This document shows positions 13,277 to 28,122 of a stretch of DNA of 64,000 bases, piece after piece. Numbering within the stretch: the stretch's first letter is position 1; each line of letters opens with the position of its first letter. A program made the translations under genes and the position numbers. Below the pieces are notes generated by a model. That model searched no databases. It was not told the DNA's origin and saw nothing but the letters and a program-made list of their open reading frames with translations. The stretch is from Trichinella spiralis (Eukaryota): NCBI RefSeq assembly GCF_000181795.1, contig NW_003526943.1, forward strand, positions 684,487 to 748,486, in the 5' to 3' direction.

Positions 13277-16016
13277 TTTCTAGCAACGCCAAATTTTATT
13301 TTAAACCACTGTGCTTTTTATAGCTTCAATTGGAGAAAAATATTAAAACAGAAATATCAATAAGTTCTCTATGATGACAATACAAATTTATTTTAATTGA
13401 CTGTTGAATAATTGCAAAAGTTTTTATTTTACTTTATATGTTATTTTCAAAAATTGAAAAATCCATGCTGTTTTTAAAGAAGATATGCAGTGCAACAATA
13501 TTGAGCGTTTGGAAGAAATTTGAAAATAAGAAAGATGGGCTTATTGTGAACTTATGAGTGATATTAAATAAACCTTAGTACGCGATAAAAGCAAGTTTTT
13601 TATTGAATATACTCGTATAGTTTGCGTTGGTAAAGAGTGTTTCATGCTGCAACTGTTTTACATGTGCATTTATTGTAGTGGCATTTCACACAAAATTAGC
13701 ACAGAATGCCAGTAATAAACAAATAAGATGGATAAAATAGCAGAGAACATGAGGAAAATTAAGAATCAAAATTATATTTTCTGCTTATTTATTGAAGGCA
13801 ATTTAAGTTGATTAAATAATGCTTATGTAGTTGTTCAGAAATGTGCAAATAAATCACATTATATGTACTTGATTGTATATTTACTTTTGATATTTTGCAA
13901 AAATTTAAAGAAAATTTGCATTAAAATGTAATTCATGTTTAAATTTTAGTTAACGCAAAAAGCAATATTCAAAAGCAGATTTTAATTTTATGATAATTTT
14001 TAAATAGCTACCTAAATATTATTTCATTTTTCAAAAAGTAAATTACCAGACGCAAATAATTAAGAAGAAACTGTTTGTTCAGACAAGTTTATTTAAGACA
14101 GATTTAAAATTTTAATTGTGCTTTACAAATTGACTGATTACCTAGAATACTAAAATTTACTACTATTATTTATTTATTTATTAATATCTTATTAATTATG
14201 AAATGAAATTTTCAATTATACTGCTGCATAAAATCAATATGAATATAAATATTAATGATTATGTAACTGAAATTAATTTATAGCTGAAAAAATGAAAATC
14301 AGGTAGTTAATCATAATTAGAATCAACTATTATTGTAATTTAGGTACATTTTGTTTTAATAACATTATAATTGAGATATTCGTAATGGATAATTTATTTT
14401 GTATTCATTTCGGTAAATGCTAAAAATGAACTTAAAGTTTGAATTTCAAGTAGATATAATGGAAAACAGTCATATGCATGTTAATTTTTAGCCTGTTTAT
14501 ACTTCTGAAATGTTTCACTTTATTTGCGCTTCAGCACTAAAATTCCTAATGAATATCAAAGCTCAGTTACTTAATTCGGTAAATTTTTAACATTTAGATC
14601 CGTATAGTTTTATTGACTTATTCAGAGTTGAAGGTGATAGGCCCCATGATGGATTCTTCGGGTGGAGTTCACCATAGGATGCTTTGTATGTGCTGCACTC
14701 CGTTAATTTTCATTTTTGCGATCTGAAGCTTTGCGAGATTTCCTTTAACACAATATTTCGTGTTTTGAAAAAAAAACTTCTGGTGTTTTAAGAATTTTTA
14801 CTCGGTCTATAGAAGATCGTAAAGTTGAAATGTATATTTTTGAATTCCTGGGGAGGAATCAATCCTAAATCAGAAAAACACGTGCAAAACCTCTGAACGA
14901 TATTGAAGTTTTATGAAATTTGTTTCAGATGGATAGTACTCTGTCAACTGTATGTGTTTCATTCGAAAAATAAGTAATTTTATTAATTTGTAAGCCTTTT
15001 AGTGACCAAAAATTTTTGAGTTTTTTTAGACTAATTTTTGCAATATTTCTCAACAAAAGGATAGTTTTTAGTGCAATACGCTATTATGCATTTTTTTGAA
15101 ATTGCAAATGTGGTTTACAGCTATTTTGTGACAACGTTTTTAAGGTTTCACATGCACATATGGACAACTGTTACAAAAGAAAATTATATTTCACATTGAT
15201 GCACGAATCATAACAATGCGCTTTGGTGCAGTGTGTTGCTCTGCGTGGGTGTGGCTGCATTACATACATGGACCTCTACACGTCCAGATTGAAACATCGG
15301 AAAGTCAGAACGTACCCTAATAGAATGTGGCAAAACTTCTGTAGACAGCATTCTTCTCAGACATCCTGCCAGTCCGCCGCATGCCCTCTCTTATCCAGTA
15401 AGAAAAGACACTGAATTTAGGGGTGCAGCGACGACAATAAAGCGGTCAGGAGCGGAGGCGATCAAAAAAGTATCCAAAAAGGTGTGACTTTTGCGGCAGG
15501 AAGAAAGACCCAAAAGTCGGCACTTGTTGCAGCAAGTGTAAAACTCCGTGTTGCAATGATCACTTTTACATTTTTTGTTAAAATTACTTTGATAAACTTG
15601 GCGTGTCCAAATAAACGTGCATCGACAGTATTTCAAATAATCAATTTTTAATGCAGATAAATATATATGCAATGATTGTAATAATATCTATTAAAATAAA
15701 AAAGTAATGTGAAATATCGATTTTATCTTCAACACATGTCCATAAAAAACTGAAAAAGTAGTCAGCAAAAGATGCGCTGTTGCAAGCCGAAAATATTGCT
15801 GGAAACTCCACTTTTATTTCAAAAAATGCGAAACATCATAGTGCACTGAAAGCTATCATTTATTTCAGAAATATAACAAAAATTACTCTGGCATGTAAAG
15901 AAAACTGACCTTAGCATACTTTTAAGAAAAAAGACTGCAAGCAACTTTTAAAAAATATTGATGAATTCATTTTTAAAGGTTAGAAGATTTTTTATCAGTT
16001 TAAGAGTTAGTAATGA

Positions 16017-18449
16017 TCAGAAACTTTGGATGAGGTCTGTTAAATCGCCCTCTTCACAGTATAACATTTCTCCGAGAAGAGTGTTAGCGGGTTTGATTAA
16101 ATTCATGCCGAACAGATTGGTTTTCCCCAAAACAATGCATTCTTTGTCCATTGTGAAAAGAAAAGCTGAGCAAATTGAACTGTATTGTTCAATGCGACAC
16201 AAAGAAATACACTGATCAATACTTTGCGTATTATTTATCAATTTAATTTTATAGAAATCAGATGTGCAGTTATTCCTGTAAAACTCTACCACACAGATTT
16301 CTTTAGTTTCTTTAACATAAAATTTTAAAAGTTCCGGATTGTGTAATCGTTCTTCAAAGCGATCTGAAATAATAATAATAATGATAATAATAATAATGCA
16401 CTGACTACTGCTTATATTAGTTTTAAAAATTAATTATTCCGTGAAAAAGTTAGTACTTCAATATTCAAAACTTTTACCAAGGTAACAATGGCCGAGTTCA
16501 ATAAAAATCTCATCATTGTTGAAGTTATACTCGTCGATACCAAGTCCAGTAGCAATTACCGTGCACGATTTGTTAGATTTTGAATATAAAACTGCACGAT
16601 AAGGCCAATTGCTTATAGATGCCCGACACAGTTCTAAGCATTTGTTTGCGGATCGCACATTTGCATGCGTTCGCAGAGGAAATATGCCATCAGGAGTGTA
16701 TATGCTGGTGATGCGAATCTCGCAGCTTTCAAAAAATGTTGGAATGTTAACTTCCATTTTCACTTCATCATAAATAAATTGTTGATCAAATGAACTTGCA
16801 TTCAGTTCTTTTTCGCTGATCTTTTTCAAATCACCTATCTCTACTTTGGTTTTGTTTGCTTAAAAATGTACTTTTCACATTACTCAAATCAATTAATTCG
16901 TACATTCCATTTTTTATTGGTTAGCTTTTCTCATTTACAAAACGCTTATGCACAAAACTGAATTAAAATTCATTAAATTATTAAAATTATATCAATAATT
17001 TAGTAAAATGCTGCTTTATTTATATTACTGTGAATTTATGAATTTATTTTGACATAAATTTATGTTTTCATAACTGAACTACAAAATTATTCTTGATAGC
17101 AAAATAGTGCGTGCTGAGACTTAGAAAACTTACGACTTTAAAGTAAAAGAGTTGTAAATTTCAAAAAGTTTTCAAATATGACATTGGTGAAGTTATACTG
17201 ATTTTTAAAAAAATGTTATTTTTAATTCCACTTACTTAAAGGTGAAAATAGGTAAAATTTTTCACGTTTATGGCCGGTGATAGGTATATTTAAACTTTGT
17301 GTTCTTTCAGACGAACTAAAGCGCTTATATTCCAAATTATTTTTTGCCACTTCAATGCTGGATACAAAAAAATTTTCTAAAACAATGCTTCATTGTTAAT
17401 ATTATTACTAACATTATTATTATTATTATTATTGAGCAAACCACAAACATACAATTTGAAGATAAATATGACAATCAATAAAAAATCATAAATAATAAAT
17501 GTAAAAAACTGATTACCATCAAAACAGAAGTGCAAAAATATCAAGGTATCATCATTTTCGTCACGAATTTCAGTTAAATTATTCGTATATTGTAAACTGT
17601 AAAGTGTACAATTTATATTGTACAAAACTGCATTGCAAGTGCCTTTTATTCGACATTTGAAAATACATAATTCCAGTGATAAGTGTGGGATTTTATCAAT
17701 ATACGTTACATTTGACAGATCTAATGGATTTTTTATTTCTATAATGCATGTTTCTTTCCATAATGTTGATCTTATAAAGTCAATTTCAAATTCAGCTGCT
17801 ATGTTGACAAAATTATCAGTATCCAAGCTATAATAATAACCTAAAAATGTCTATACTGAAAATTAAATTTATTAATTTAAATTTTTCATTTACAAGAAGC
17901 ATTTTTAAAATAAAATTACAATACAAAATTACATTTATAAATAAATTTCCAAAAAGTATTGTGTAGCATATGTGCATAGAGTAGAATGCAAAAGTAAAAC
18001 ATATTTATTTCTTTTAAAAACTTTAAGATGTAACTTTCTAAATAATTTATGATGCACTTACCATTTTCACATTTCTGTATAACAAAAGTCCTTTCATCAA
18101 GATTTTTAAGAGCAACATTGTCAGTTGTCGCTTCATCTGAATAGTGCAAAATACAAGCAACAACGTGATTTAATGAAGAAACTTTATTGCATCTATGCTC
18201 TGCCATTAATTCATTGCATAATTTAATGCACTTTCCCAAAGACAATTCTGTCATCACTACAGAATTTGGCTCATCTTCAAAAGGAACCACATTTAGCAAA
18301 CATGTCATATCTACATCTGGGAAATATGCAATGATGCGGTTGCATTCAGTAATCTATAATAAAATATCACACGAGACTGTTTTTTCGAAATTACCTATGT
18401 TTACCGAAGTGTTGAATGCGACAATTAACCAGAATATTACTGCTTTCAT
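16017..18449 (-). CDS. Secreted 4xPAN/apple protein, paralog B
   Basis: Signal exon MKAVIFWLIVAFNTS followed by domain exons at ORFs 17916, 17377, 16458 and 16017. WPYRAV motif in domain 3; ends GDLTDLIQSF*. Confidence 0.8.
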
Positions 18450-19687
18450 TTTATTTCTTAATTGGAAACATCTAAATAAAATTGCAATTAAAACTAAAAT
18501 AAGGTTTTATTCTAATTTCATTTATAAGACTAGCTGAAAATTTAATACACTAATTAGTGTGAAATATCATGAAATTTTCGCGTTAATTCGCAATTAGCTA
18601 ATTTAACTTACTATTAAAAGTTGTTCAGTTATGCAGTAGCATTTTCCAAATAAGTAAATACCATATGAATTGAAATAATAAAGAAAGTTCCTCCTTCAAT
18701 TTATTTTTAGCAAACAGGATTTTTAAAAGTTAAAAGCTATATTTTTCAGAATTATTATAATTATACATCATTGCATATATGTTGAATGCATATATGTTGC
18801 ATGTGCGAATGTTGCATATATATGCTTTCTGTATCCTCATTCAGTAAATAATTGCTGCTACATTAGAAATTTCATAATTAATACCTTTAAATCTTTGCAA
18901 ATAAATCCAGAAAGTATCCAATAAGATATATTAATAATTAGAGTTTGTTAACATTAAGCTTCAAGAAATTATCTGCATGCTTATTATTAATTGATGCTGT
19001 TTCCAACTGAAAAAGCAAATAGCACTTTTACACACAATTCACTAATACATATATGGTAATAATTTTAATTTAATTACATGATTTAAATTCAAAAGTGAAA
19101 GAAAAAGGAACTGTGAAACAATTTGCACTACTTTCATTTCTGTTGCAAAATATCTGCAAAACAGAAGCTTTAATTTTCAAAATTTATATTCAGCGGCGTA
19201 AAAGTCGACCAAAAATTAATCATAATGTATATATTAATGACTCCTTTACTGTATGAATAAAAGCCAATTGTCTATCTGAGTCGTCTCTTGCCACAGGTCC
19301 TTTTACGAGATCACAGAGAAGGGTAGTTTGATTCACATTATTACTCCACATTACATACCTTTACTGTTACTCCATATCTTCTTATTTTTGCTCGTCTATT
19401 CTAAATGAACATTCTATTCCTATCATAAGCATATCATACGTTGAGTGAATGACTTCTTTGAGGACTCAGTGCCACCATATGATAAAACAGCACATAGTCT
19501 TTTTAAAACTGTTGGAAATATAAAATACCAATAACCATTTACTTTCAATAGGAATATATATATATATGCACATGTAAAATATTAATTTTCAACGGACAAT
19601 TATTTATTATTATCAACTTTAATGGAATGGAATTTTCACTGAAAATAGATAAAAATATGAAAATACACAAACATGCATCAGGCACTT

Positions 19688-22535
19688 CTAAAATGGCTGA
19701 AATTCATCTGTTAAGCAGCCTGGTTTGCACACTAGTACTTCACCGAATACAGATTTTCGCAAAGTTCGATAGCTTGCTCGTCTGTAGAATTTTTTCAAAA
19801 GACGACATTTTCCATCTACAGCAAAATTTATCGCTGAACACTGATCTCTATTATCATAATGACGGCACCATGACAAACATTCAATAATATTAGTTGCATT
19901 CATTATATAATTAATTGTTTTCCAATGATTCAGAAAGATTTTTCGATAAAATTCAACAAGGCATACTTCACGTTGACTTTTTATATAAAATACTAATGCG
20001 TCTGGATTGTTAGCACGGTCGTATCTTCGATCTAAAAAGTGATTCTATAATTTTCTGAAATCAAAAGTTAATAAAAATTTAGGGCGGGGTTTGCATTCAA
20101 ATAATTATGATGTTCATTAAAATTTCACAAAAATTCTTGTTTTTAATTATATAATTCTTAAGCAAAACTTTTTCCTATATTATAAAACCAATAAACTGGA
20201 TAACTGTTTGTTTGTTTACCAGTAAAGCATGTTTGAAGTTCGACAAACTGCTCATCTGCCTCCAGTGTGACATTCACAGACGTTTCGTTACTTTTCACAT
20301 AAATATGGCAATATTTTTTCTCTGAAGAATAGTGGACAGCCCGATATGGCCATTCGCTAATAGCATGTCGACACTTGTGCAGGCATGTATTCAATGAATT
20401 TACTCTTAGATGACTTTCATGAAGAATGAGATTTTTTATACTTCTGGGGTCGACTATTTTTATTTTGCATATTTCAAAGAACTCGTAAAGATTAGCTGTA
20501 AGAAAAACACTTCTTGAACCAAAGCTTGCAATATATTTCATCCATTCGGACCCTCTGCTGCCTAAAATGATTCAATATTGATTACTTTTTTGAAATGCAA
20601 ACGTATTCAAATTATCTTAGATTGAAATACAATTTTTGAAGTTTAAACACTATTTCTGCTCTTCAAATAAAATAAGCCAGTGCTAATAAATTTTATAATT
20701 ATTCTTTTTTTAAAATCATTTCTAAATTGCTCATAATCAAAAATATGATGAACTGTATACATATAATTAAAATTAAATCAAATACTGTGCCTATACGTGC
20801 ATTTCTAAAAGATGAACAATATAATTGTCTAAATTTAGAAGTCATAATTAAGATGCAAATAATTTATTCGCATTAAATTTTCATCAACTGTTTCTTATTT
20901 TATTTATTTATCAAGATATATTTTTTATTGTTTGTTTTCTAATATGAAATATGATTGCATTACTGAAAGGTTGTCTTTCAAAATCTTCTGATACAATGCC
21001 GTGTTGTTCAGGAGTAATTTCAGTTGAACATTCAAAGTTGAAATTTGTCCCTTTAATTATTTCAATGGAGATAACTTCTATAGAAACTAAAACAATAGCA
21101 TAAATATAAAAAGCATATCGGCAAATATATTGTTCATTCTAAAATATTTTTGACCAAATTGAATTTATATATTAATTCTCATGAAGTTTCAAGAAAAAAT
21201 AATGATTTTTGATTTTATGGAATAGTGTTGTTTATTGTTATCTATAATAGTAATGCGCACATTATTAATTGTTCGTCATTTTAAGTGAATATTTATATAT
21301 TTTTAAAGTGATGAAACACACAAAATTTCTTACTATCCAAGCATAAGAAGACTGAATAAAATTTTGTTGAAGAAGATTCAACACTACTTCTTTGAAGTCC
21401 TGGAACATAATCATGATACAAAATGCAATCTCCAGTTTTCAAGGAATAGGATACTGCGTTGCAGTGGGCAAAAGAACTCCACTGTTGGCAAAAATAAATA
21501 CATGAGAACAAACTGCTCGAAGTAATGTTTCGAAATGCGATAGCATTTTTCGTTTCTTTTAGTGAACGCTGTTCCAAATAACAAATCTGACTAACATCAT
21601 GCAGTACAACATAACTTTTTAAAGTATCGAAATTATGGCTTTTCCTTTGAATTTTTTCATCATTTAACAAATTCTTTTTCCCTAAAATATTATAAAAAAT
21701 CTCACTGATATTAGTTGTGTAAATTTGTAAAATAATTCCATTTAAAGTTGCATGAACTGAATGATTTTTTTGAAATTATTAAATATAAAAATTGTGAAAT
21801 TTATTTTTATATGATTTTAATTATTAATCTCTAAAGCTTTTATTCAAAAAATATTGATATTTGAATCTCTTGGTAATTAAATTAAGATACTTTAGATATC
21901 ATTAACATGGGTGTTATGCAAAATAAATTTAAATTTTTTCAAGTATTTGTAAAAGTGTTTTTGTTTATTTTAAACACTGCAATGAAATTCTTAATGTTAA
22001 ATATTCATATTAATTATTTCACTCATTAATAAATGGGGTGAATTATTAAAGCTTATTTGAAACTTAAATAATAGATTTTTAAATAAATAAATATTTATAT
22101 ATTGTTATAAAAGTATACCATAAAGCGTATAATTACCAAATGCACATTTATGTATAAAGTAATACAAATAACGGTGTTCTTCATCAGTGTCTTCAAAAGG
22201 GCCTTCTTGTTGTTCAATAAAATAACAAATTAGCTTTGATTTGGAAAAATATATTTCATTACAAAAACCGCTTTGGTTACGCAAATAGCATGCAACAATG
22301 CAGTCAGTGAGGGTGCTGAGAGGAAGCTTTTCTAAAACTGATGTTTCATTTTGCTTCAAATGACGATGTTCTAACAAACATGAGAGATTCTCCTCAGAAA
22401 AATACGTTACAAACCGTGTCTGCTCAGATGTCTTTAAAAATAAGATTTTCAAAAATACATTAAGACTATTACAGTTCAACATACCGTCGAAAAAAGACCA
22501 ATGATCAGAATTACATGCATTTGATATGAAACCAT
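19688..22535 (-). CDS. Secreted 4xPAN/apple protein, paralog C
   Basis: Signal exon MVSYQMHVILIIGLFST followed by domain exons at ORFs 22105, 21293, 20158 and 19688. WPYRAV motif; ends GCLTDEFQPF*. Confidence 0.8.
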
Positions 22536-23202
22536 TTTTTAAACCTATAAAACTGTAACTACAACACCAGAAATACTGTCGCGCTTAAATAGCATTCATT
22601 TGTATTTGCTTTGCATACCAAATAATTTGCCTAGCTCAACAGTTAGCTTAACTATCGTAAAAGTAAAGAATTTATTCATGTTTGCCATTTAATTTCCAAT
22701 TTTTGAAAAGTTTCAAAATTAATTACTTCATAAATAAACAATAACGATAATTAATTAAATTGTTTTCGTACTGCAGTTAAAGAATAATTAATAAGGAAAA
22801 TATGATTTTGAAAGTCTAAATTATCAAATTCTTAATAAAATTTCATACAGCCAGTTTATTGTATTCTATAAGTAAAAATTAGGTAAATTTTACTGATATT
22901 TTATATGTATGAAATTCATAAACAGAATGTGAATTCATCATTTATGTTTGTAATGCTGAAAAGTTTGATATTTGTAAATTAAATTAAAAATTTTTTAAAC
23001 TTTATATATTGGTTGAAATATGAAATATTTCATTAATTTAGTTTTTATTAAAGAACTTATTTTTTTCTCCTGTTTAATATGCAAATTGAATATATTATAG
23101 CAAGTCATAGTCAAACAACATTTTAAAAAATATTTATCATTCACTTTTTAATTAATTTCAATTAATTAAAAATATTCACTTTATAAATAGCAAAAATGTT
23201 TG

Positions 23203-25755
23203 TCAGTATGGGAGCAGTTCATCAGTGAGCATTCCATATTTGCACATCAACAATTCAGCAAAAATGGTATCCTGCTGTAGCTTTATATCATTAGAAAACG
23301 AATCTTTTCTAAAAAGTGAGCATTCACTGTTCGTTCCAAAACCTACAGCCAAGCAATCTTCAGTAAAGCGCTTAAATAAGCATTCTAACATGCATTTCTT
23401 TAAATTTGTAGTATTTGATATTTTTCCAATTAATGACCACATTGATAATTCTCTGCCTTTGTAAAATTCAACAACACAAACTTTCCCGAGTTCTTCAAAA
23501 AATATATTCAGAGGTTCTGGATTGTTAATTCTTTCATATTCTCTATCTAAATAAAATAAATTGGAAATTTTTTCATTAATTTTTGCTTATTTTGAATTTA
23601 TTATACTAAAGAATGCTGAAGCTAAAGGCATAAAACAGTTGGCAAGAAATCAAAAATATTAAATATCACTAAAGTAATATCATTTTGAAATAATTTACTT
23701 TATAAATTTTTTTCCATTAATGAAATTAAGCGTTGAAAGATTTTAAGTAATTACCTTTGAAGCAATTATACAGTTTAATCATTTTCTGTTCTTCATCTGA
23801 TAATATACTACTACCATTTGCATTTTTGGTGTACAGTTCACAAATTTTCTTTTCTTTATGATAAACAACTGCACGAAATACCCAGTTTAATCCTGTACTA
23901 AGACAGTGATGCATGCACATATTTAATGACAATACTGAATGTATTCTTGAATGAAGTTTAAATTCTTTTGCTTCGGAGAAACTCATCTGCATAGCATTGC
24001 ATTGAATATGAAAATGAAATATGTGCACTATTTCTTCATTATTTTCCAGTTCACTTGCATTATAATCATTATAAAAAGGAATAAAATCTAAAAATGCAAA
24101 GTGCGTTTTAAACTGGCATCTTCATCAAAGAATTTCATTATTTATCTGATTTATCATCATTAATTTTTATATAATAATGCATATATGCACAAACTCGGTT
24201 AAAAATTAAAATCCTATTCTACAATATTATTATATTAACTTTCACATTTTATACTAACATTAAATCATTGCATAAAATAATAGCGTTTTCTGTTTTCCCT
24301 TAGCACATCTTAACATACTGCATAAAAAATTGAAATGTTATTCTGTAAAAACAAATATTGGCAACATTGATTTAAATTTATCTACCTTCGTCTGGTGCAC
24401 GAAATGAAAGAGTGTGCCTATTTCCATAACTGTCAGTCAGCAGAATAGTAGTTACACTTACTGCATCTATAAGTTAATACTATAAAGCAAATTTTAAATT
24501 ATATTAAAATATAAAAAAGAAAACAATTATTTTACTTTAAATAAGAGATGACTGAAAAAAATATATAAATATTTGTTTTATGTTAATCGTCATTTCTAAT
24601 TGAATAGTGGTTTTTTTGTTTTTCTAAAAGTTACTTTTAAAGATATGGAATAAAAAGAAACATATCTACCATCTATACAGCCAAGCATTAAGTAAAATTC
24701 ACTGTATTCTTCCTGCGTTGATACGGAAATTCTGTCGTCAATTTCAGAATGGTAAAGTATGCAGGTATTCTCTTCAGCCATAAAAGAAATTGCATTACAT
24801 GAATTTCTGACATGGCAATAATATGCACACAAATCGTTATTCATTGAAAATTCTTGGCCAATAAAAGTTGAATTCATTGCAAGTGATAACGACTGCTGTT
24901 CAAGATAGCAATTTAACTTGAATAGAGGTAGGTGTACTTTATTTACACTGTTCGACGTGGCATTTGTTGAGACAATACCATTTGATGCTTAAAAATGTAC
25001 TTTTTCAATTTCTTAAAAAAATTCACTAAAAATCTATTCTTTTATTTTAATTTTATACAAATCAAAATCAAATATGAACATTAATATTTTAAAATTCTTT
25101 TTTGATTCAAGTCAGAGAAATATAAGTTTTGTTTATACAAAGGAAAATTTTCATTAACTGCATAATGAATAATGAAAGTACATTTTAAAGCATTATTGAT
25201 TTGTTTTCATAAAAATTTATTAAAACAGTCTGTTTATAATATTTATGTTCCTTTGCAATTTATTTTGACTGTAATTTTTAAAATAGAAACTCAAGTTTCT
25301 GTTTATAGCTCAGTTGCTGAATTTCATTTAAACATTCTTACCTAAATCACACTTCTGAATGTAATAAAGAAATTTTCCATTATTTTTTCTTAAATCAGAT
25401 CCTGCTTGTATCTTATATGTTAAGTGATAGCAAACATTTCTTTCATCCATTGCATTATGAACGTAATACACTGAATTGCAAGGATTGTTTGCTTCATTGC
25501 ATTTTGCAATACATTCACCCACTGTAGTTGTGAACATGCTGCTTAAAACTTCAGAATGATTGTCCAGTGGTTTGCTTTCCAATAAGCAAAGCATATTTTC
25601 TTCATAAAAGTTGCTAGTAAATAACATTTGTTTCACATTCTAAATATTTATTATTCAGTCTAAAAGTGATAATACATAAATACATTTAATTGTAATCATT
25701 TATTACTCACTTGAAAAATAGAAATAAAAATTAGCTTCTGAAAAATTTTCATCAT
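23203..25755 (-). CDS. Secreted 4xPAN/apple protein, paralog D
   Basis: Leader exon MMKIFQKLIFISIFQ followed by domain exons at ORFs 25328, 24596, 23726 and 23203. WVFRAV motif; ends GMLTDELLPY*. Confidence 0.8.
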
Positions 25756-26174
25756 TTTACGATGTCAGGTAAGATCCTAAAAACCACGTTGAATTTTTTT
25801 GAATAACAAGTTTTCTAGAAATTAAGCATGTAAGGAATGAAAAGAAAGTATCAAACAGAATTTGAATCAGTATCCTTCGATTTTAACTTTGAATCTTATC
25901 AATTATTAAATTAAAAACAATGATACAATAATCGGCTTGTAAAATAACTTAATATATTTTGCTTTAAATATTCCTTTTTAAGTCATAGCAAAGCATAGCA
26001 TTATCCATTATGACAGCTTAATATTTTATTATTGTATTTGATAATTATATAGCCAGCATAAAATATCAATCAAAAGGAAGTAAAGCAGCCATGTACACTG
26101 CACAGCAGAACAATATGTCACAATAGAATGAATTCTGATATTCACCATGCAGAACTTTAATTTCGAATGATTAA

Positions 26175-27828
26175 CCCTAATCTGGGCACCTGTCTACATA
26201 TGTAGACAAACAATGTTTGGAACAATGCTGTGACATGAAAAAATAATTAGCCTTATTCATTCCACAACTTTTGATAAAATTTTGTGGTCTATCTTCACAG
26301 CTAATTTTTTGGTTCTAAGACGTTTTTAAGCTGTTGTTTCATGTTTACTATTCATATTCCGGGCACTTGTCTACGTATGTAAACACATAACACTTTCTCT
26401 TTTTTTGATGATTATACTGAAATAATCCACATCTTTGACTATTTTTGAATGTGGTTCACGTTCGTGTGCTTTATGGAATCTGGGATAAAGTTTCTGTGGA
26501 TTTTATAGAGTAGATTAGTCAAAAAGGGTGTCAACCCCAAAGATAAATACGGTATGCTTCATGAGTGTCTGTCAGTGCTTTCAGACCTTCTTGATGTTTG
26601 TTGAAGAGCCACTGCTATTAGCTCAATATGCAACAAAAACAGCCAGTTGTTTATGGCAGCTTTAAAAAGTGGATGAGCGATATCCATTATGCAGCTATTC
26701 ATTGCTATAAATAATCGGTTGCGGTGAACTTGTGATTGCCACTTTTGCATTTTACCATACGTATTGACCATTTGACCATTTGACCAGGAAAGTACGGTGT
26801 GAAGATCAACTGGATATGTGACGCGGAGAATGGTTATGCTCTGAAATATTTGTTATATGCTGGCAGAAGTCGTGAAGAACGTCACATTGGTCTTGCAGGC
26901 ACCAATGTTAGGCAATTGGCACAGCCGTTTGTGAACTCTAACAAAAACGTTTTTATGGACCGTTATTTTGCATCATATTCCATTGCGCAACATCTTCTTG
27001 AGCATGATCTTACAGCTATTGGTTTGCTATTGTCGTGATGTTCTAGCATGTTTAAGTAAAGCAGCACGGCGTGACCTTTACTGTACATTAGCTGTTTATG
27101 AGCAAAACAGAAAAGTAATGATGATCAATTACGTGCCAAGGAAAAACAACAATGTTCTTCTGTTGACTTCATGCCACGCAAAGTTCAAAATAGACGACCA
27201 GTGAGGTGTGACAAAAGACCAAACATCATAAATGACTATAATCTGGGCAAAGGATGCGTGGATAGCATGGATGCAAGAATAGAAGATTTTTGCTATAAAA
27301 AAAGACCAACAGATACACCATACTGATGTTGTACTTCATTGTTGAGGTGTGCATCAACAACGCATTCTTACTGATGAAACATCAGCAAAGATAAAAAAGC
27401 GTTTTATGAGAGAGCTTTCAGCTGGTCAAACACATCGAAATGAGGTATCAAAATGAAAAAATCTGTGCACAAACTAAACATGCCTTCATCCGTTACAGAC
27501 TGCTCCAAAATTATAAATGTTACAGATATGAGATATAAAACGATAAAATCCATCAAAATGCTGAATGCCTGGACGTCGAAAATCAGTGTAAAACTGCTGC
27601 CATTCATGTAAAAAAAAATATATACTTAGCAGCCATAAAATCACTAAAATATCGTGTAGCGCTTGCATTGAATAAAATAAATAATCTATTTGTGAAATTA
27701 TAATTGGTTCTTGAAAAAATAATCATTTTAACATCATGTAAAAGGATTAAACATGATGAAACTTCTTCTGTCTACATATGTAGACAGGTGCCCGGATTAA
27801 GGTGTAAAATTTGCCGCCCGGATGAGGG
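26175..27828 (+). mobile_element. Defective piggyBac DNA transposon
   Basis: TTAA|CCCT...AGGG|TTAA ends, with inverted terminal repeats containing the palindrome TGTCTACATATGTAGACA. Frameshifted transposase fragments read PGKYGVKINWICDAENGY, VFMDRYF and YNLGKGCVDSMD. Confidence 0.93.
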
Positions 27829-28122
27829 TTAAAAAATAAACGGGAGTTAAAATGTAAAGTACTTCCGTTTTTCTAATTTCTGCAGCATCTCTTATTTCCG
27901 CTTCTCAAATTTCATGAAATTCATGTAAACTCATCATGTATCTTTGGATTTTATTTTCCATGGTGCCGTTACTCTGACATTTGTTTTTTAAAATAGTATT
28001 TTTCTGTAATAGTGAAATAAATGAAAATAACATTCACCGAAATCTTTCATGTTACTTTCTGATATAATAAAGTTATAATTTATTGCTGATACCTGTTTTT
28101 AAACCTAAAGGCATAAAACAGT

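Noticed and set aside
18770..18825. TGCATATATGT-type short repeats
   Set aside because: Short, irregular low-complexity tandem with no spacers; not CRISPR-like and no evident function.
19250..19489. Possible solo LTR (TGT...ACA)
   Set aside because: No target-site duplication or second copy in the window.
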